DNA of 64,000 bases from Mobula hypostoma (taxonomy: Eukaryota): the NCBI RefSeq assembly GCF_963921235.1, contig NC_086097.1, positions 158,288,001 to 158,352,000 on the forward strand, written 5' to 3'. A model generated the notes under the pieces. That model worked only from the letters and a program-made list of their open reading frames with translations, had not been told where the DNA came from and did not search any database. Made by a program: the position numbers and the translations under genes. This document shows, piece after piece, positions 62,263 to 64,000 of the stretch (positions are counted from its first letter, which is position 1; every line of letters starts with the position of its first letter).

Positions 62263-63689
62263 TGTCCTTGAGACACTCGGAGTGATGGTAGTTTGTGGAT
62301 TTGCTGAAATGATATTTTATATTCATTCTGTGCCTCTGGAAATAAAGCCAAACTTGCCTTAGAAATGCATCACCTACCAATTCCCTTACCCTGCTCACCT
62401 GGGGAAAGACTGGAAGTTGGGTGGGTGTGGGTGGGAGTGGGTGGAAGTGGTAAGGGAGATCAGGAGAGCTAGCGGAAGACTGGAGGTCAGAAGGTTGGGG
62501 ATAGTGGTTAGAAAGTTAGGACTGGGTTGAGGAGGGGCAGTGCTAGGGAGGGACGAGAGGTCAAGTGGTGCAAGACATTACAGAAGTACAGCAGATATTC
62601 TGAAGATGTAGCTCATGGGAAATCGGATGCTGCTTGTGCCACTCCATGATCTGATTACCTGACCATTAATTTTGTCATAAATTGTAACAACTCTCTTTAG
62701 CACACATCCATTCTTTTTCACTTTACCCCAAGCCAGAGTGGCGACAATATCCATTTCAACTTGGGTCTGTCCCCTTCAGCATCAACTTCTCTTCTGCTTT
62801 CATTGTAGGATGTTTGAAAGGATACGCTGCTGCGGTGTTTCTTCCCTCCATGCGTGTCTCTGTATTTATTACTAATGGAAATCGTCAGCTTTCCTAATCC
62901 ATCACGTTGTGGCAAGCAGACATTAGGCATCTCCATAAATAGAGAGGGGAGCAAGTGATCTCAGTTCACTCGTCCAAGTTTCTCGGGCTCTCTGCACAAT
63001 TGCACTGCTCACGTAGAATGCTATTCAACGAGATTTTAAAGGAGGAAAATGCGGTGATTTAAGATCTTCCACACTTTAAGTGAAATGGTAATGTTTAAAA
63101 ATATTTTTGAGCAGAGCAAGCAATGATTCTTAAAATAATCAAACGTTAATCTCTCCATCTCTGGATTAATGCTGCTTGAATATTACAGTTCTAGTCGGCT
63201 TGTTTGTTGGTTCAATTCCCACTCAGGGAGTTGAGCCTTCCTTCAAATGAAGTGTCAAGCTGAAGTCCTTTGCCCCTGAGCAGGCGATCACAGCAGACTC
63301 CCTCAGCGATATTCTCAGGTACGGAAGTTGAGTTCTCCCCTGAGCTCTGACAAATATTTATTTTGTGGCACTCTTAGTTTAAATTGGAGTTACTGGTTGT
63401 GAGTAACAACAGCAGTTTCCATTTGCAGAGTAACTGGAAGGTAGCAAAGAATGAGCCAAGGTGATTCGTGGGAGTGTGATCAAACAAAAATCTAAAGCCA
63501 AGGAGAAAAACAGATAGAAGCTTGGTTGAAAAGGAGAGTATTGTTATCTCTCTTTCTTTAACTATCTTACATGAAGAAAGCGATTTTTCAATTGGTTTAT
63601 TGAATACATTGCTGACATTACATGGTTTGTGGTTTCTCGCACTGTACAAATTAACTGTGTTCTTCTCTGTTCCTATATTCATTGATATC

Positions 63690-64000
63690 AGTCATATCGT
63701 TATATCGAATAGACTACATTACTGCAATACACTTTCTACGGGTCTTCCAAAGCAATCTGTTGATAAACTTCAACTCATTCAGAATGCCTCTGCGAGACTT
63801 TTAATCAAAACCAGTATGAGGGAACATGTCATTCCCATACCAGCTACTCTACATATCTTTTAGAATTGATTTTTTAAGTTCTCTTGTTTTTTAAAGCTCT
63901 TAATGATCTGGGATCAGAGTACATCACAGAATCATTTGTGTTTTATAATCCTGCTTGAGCTTTCTGGTCTTCTTCGGCTGGTCTCTTAAATTTAAACAAT
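63690..64000 (+). mobile_element. L2-type LINE fragment (runs off the window)
   Basis: RLHYCNTL.TGLP...KLQLIQNASARLL....REHV.P motif. Related to 15620-16245. Confidence 0.8.

Overview
AT-rich, repeat-dense vertebrate DNA. The repeat complement (HE1/V-SINE-like tRNA SINEs, abundant CR1, Penelope, RTE, Rex1/Babar) suggests a cartilaginous fish, probably a ray (inference). The only host-gene sequence I can support is one small + strand exon (16763-16893) encoding the N-terminus of a TSNARE1-like protein. The rest appears to be intron filled with nested transposons. These are a degenerate Gypsy provirus with both LTRs (interrupted by CR1 and by a Tigger that itself holds a foldback MITE), near-full-length CR1 and RTE LINEs, a young Rex1/Babar fragment, Tx1 and L2 fragments, hAT elements, a solo LTR and several Penelope-like elements (PLEs). 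The most notable signals are: (i) minimal hammerhead ribozymes with a palindromic stem III carried by PLE ends, including ~100-130 bp TSD-flanked insertions that are little more than the ribozyme; (ii) two PLE insertions with long inverted terminal arms, one keeping an uninterrupted RT-GIY-YIG ORF; (iii) a polyadenylated U6 snRNA retrocopy, with no difference I can see from vertebrate U6 nt 1-102, inserted inside one of those PLEs; (iv) reciprocally nested hAT/Tigger composites. All calls were made by eye with no database searches, and boundaries of old repeats are approximate.
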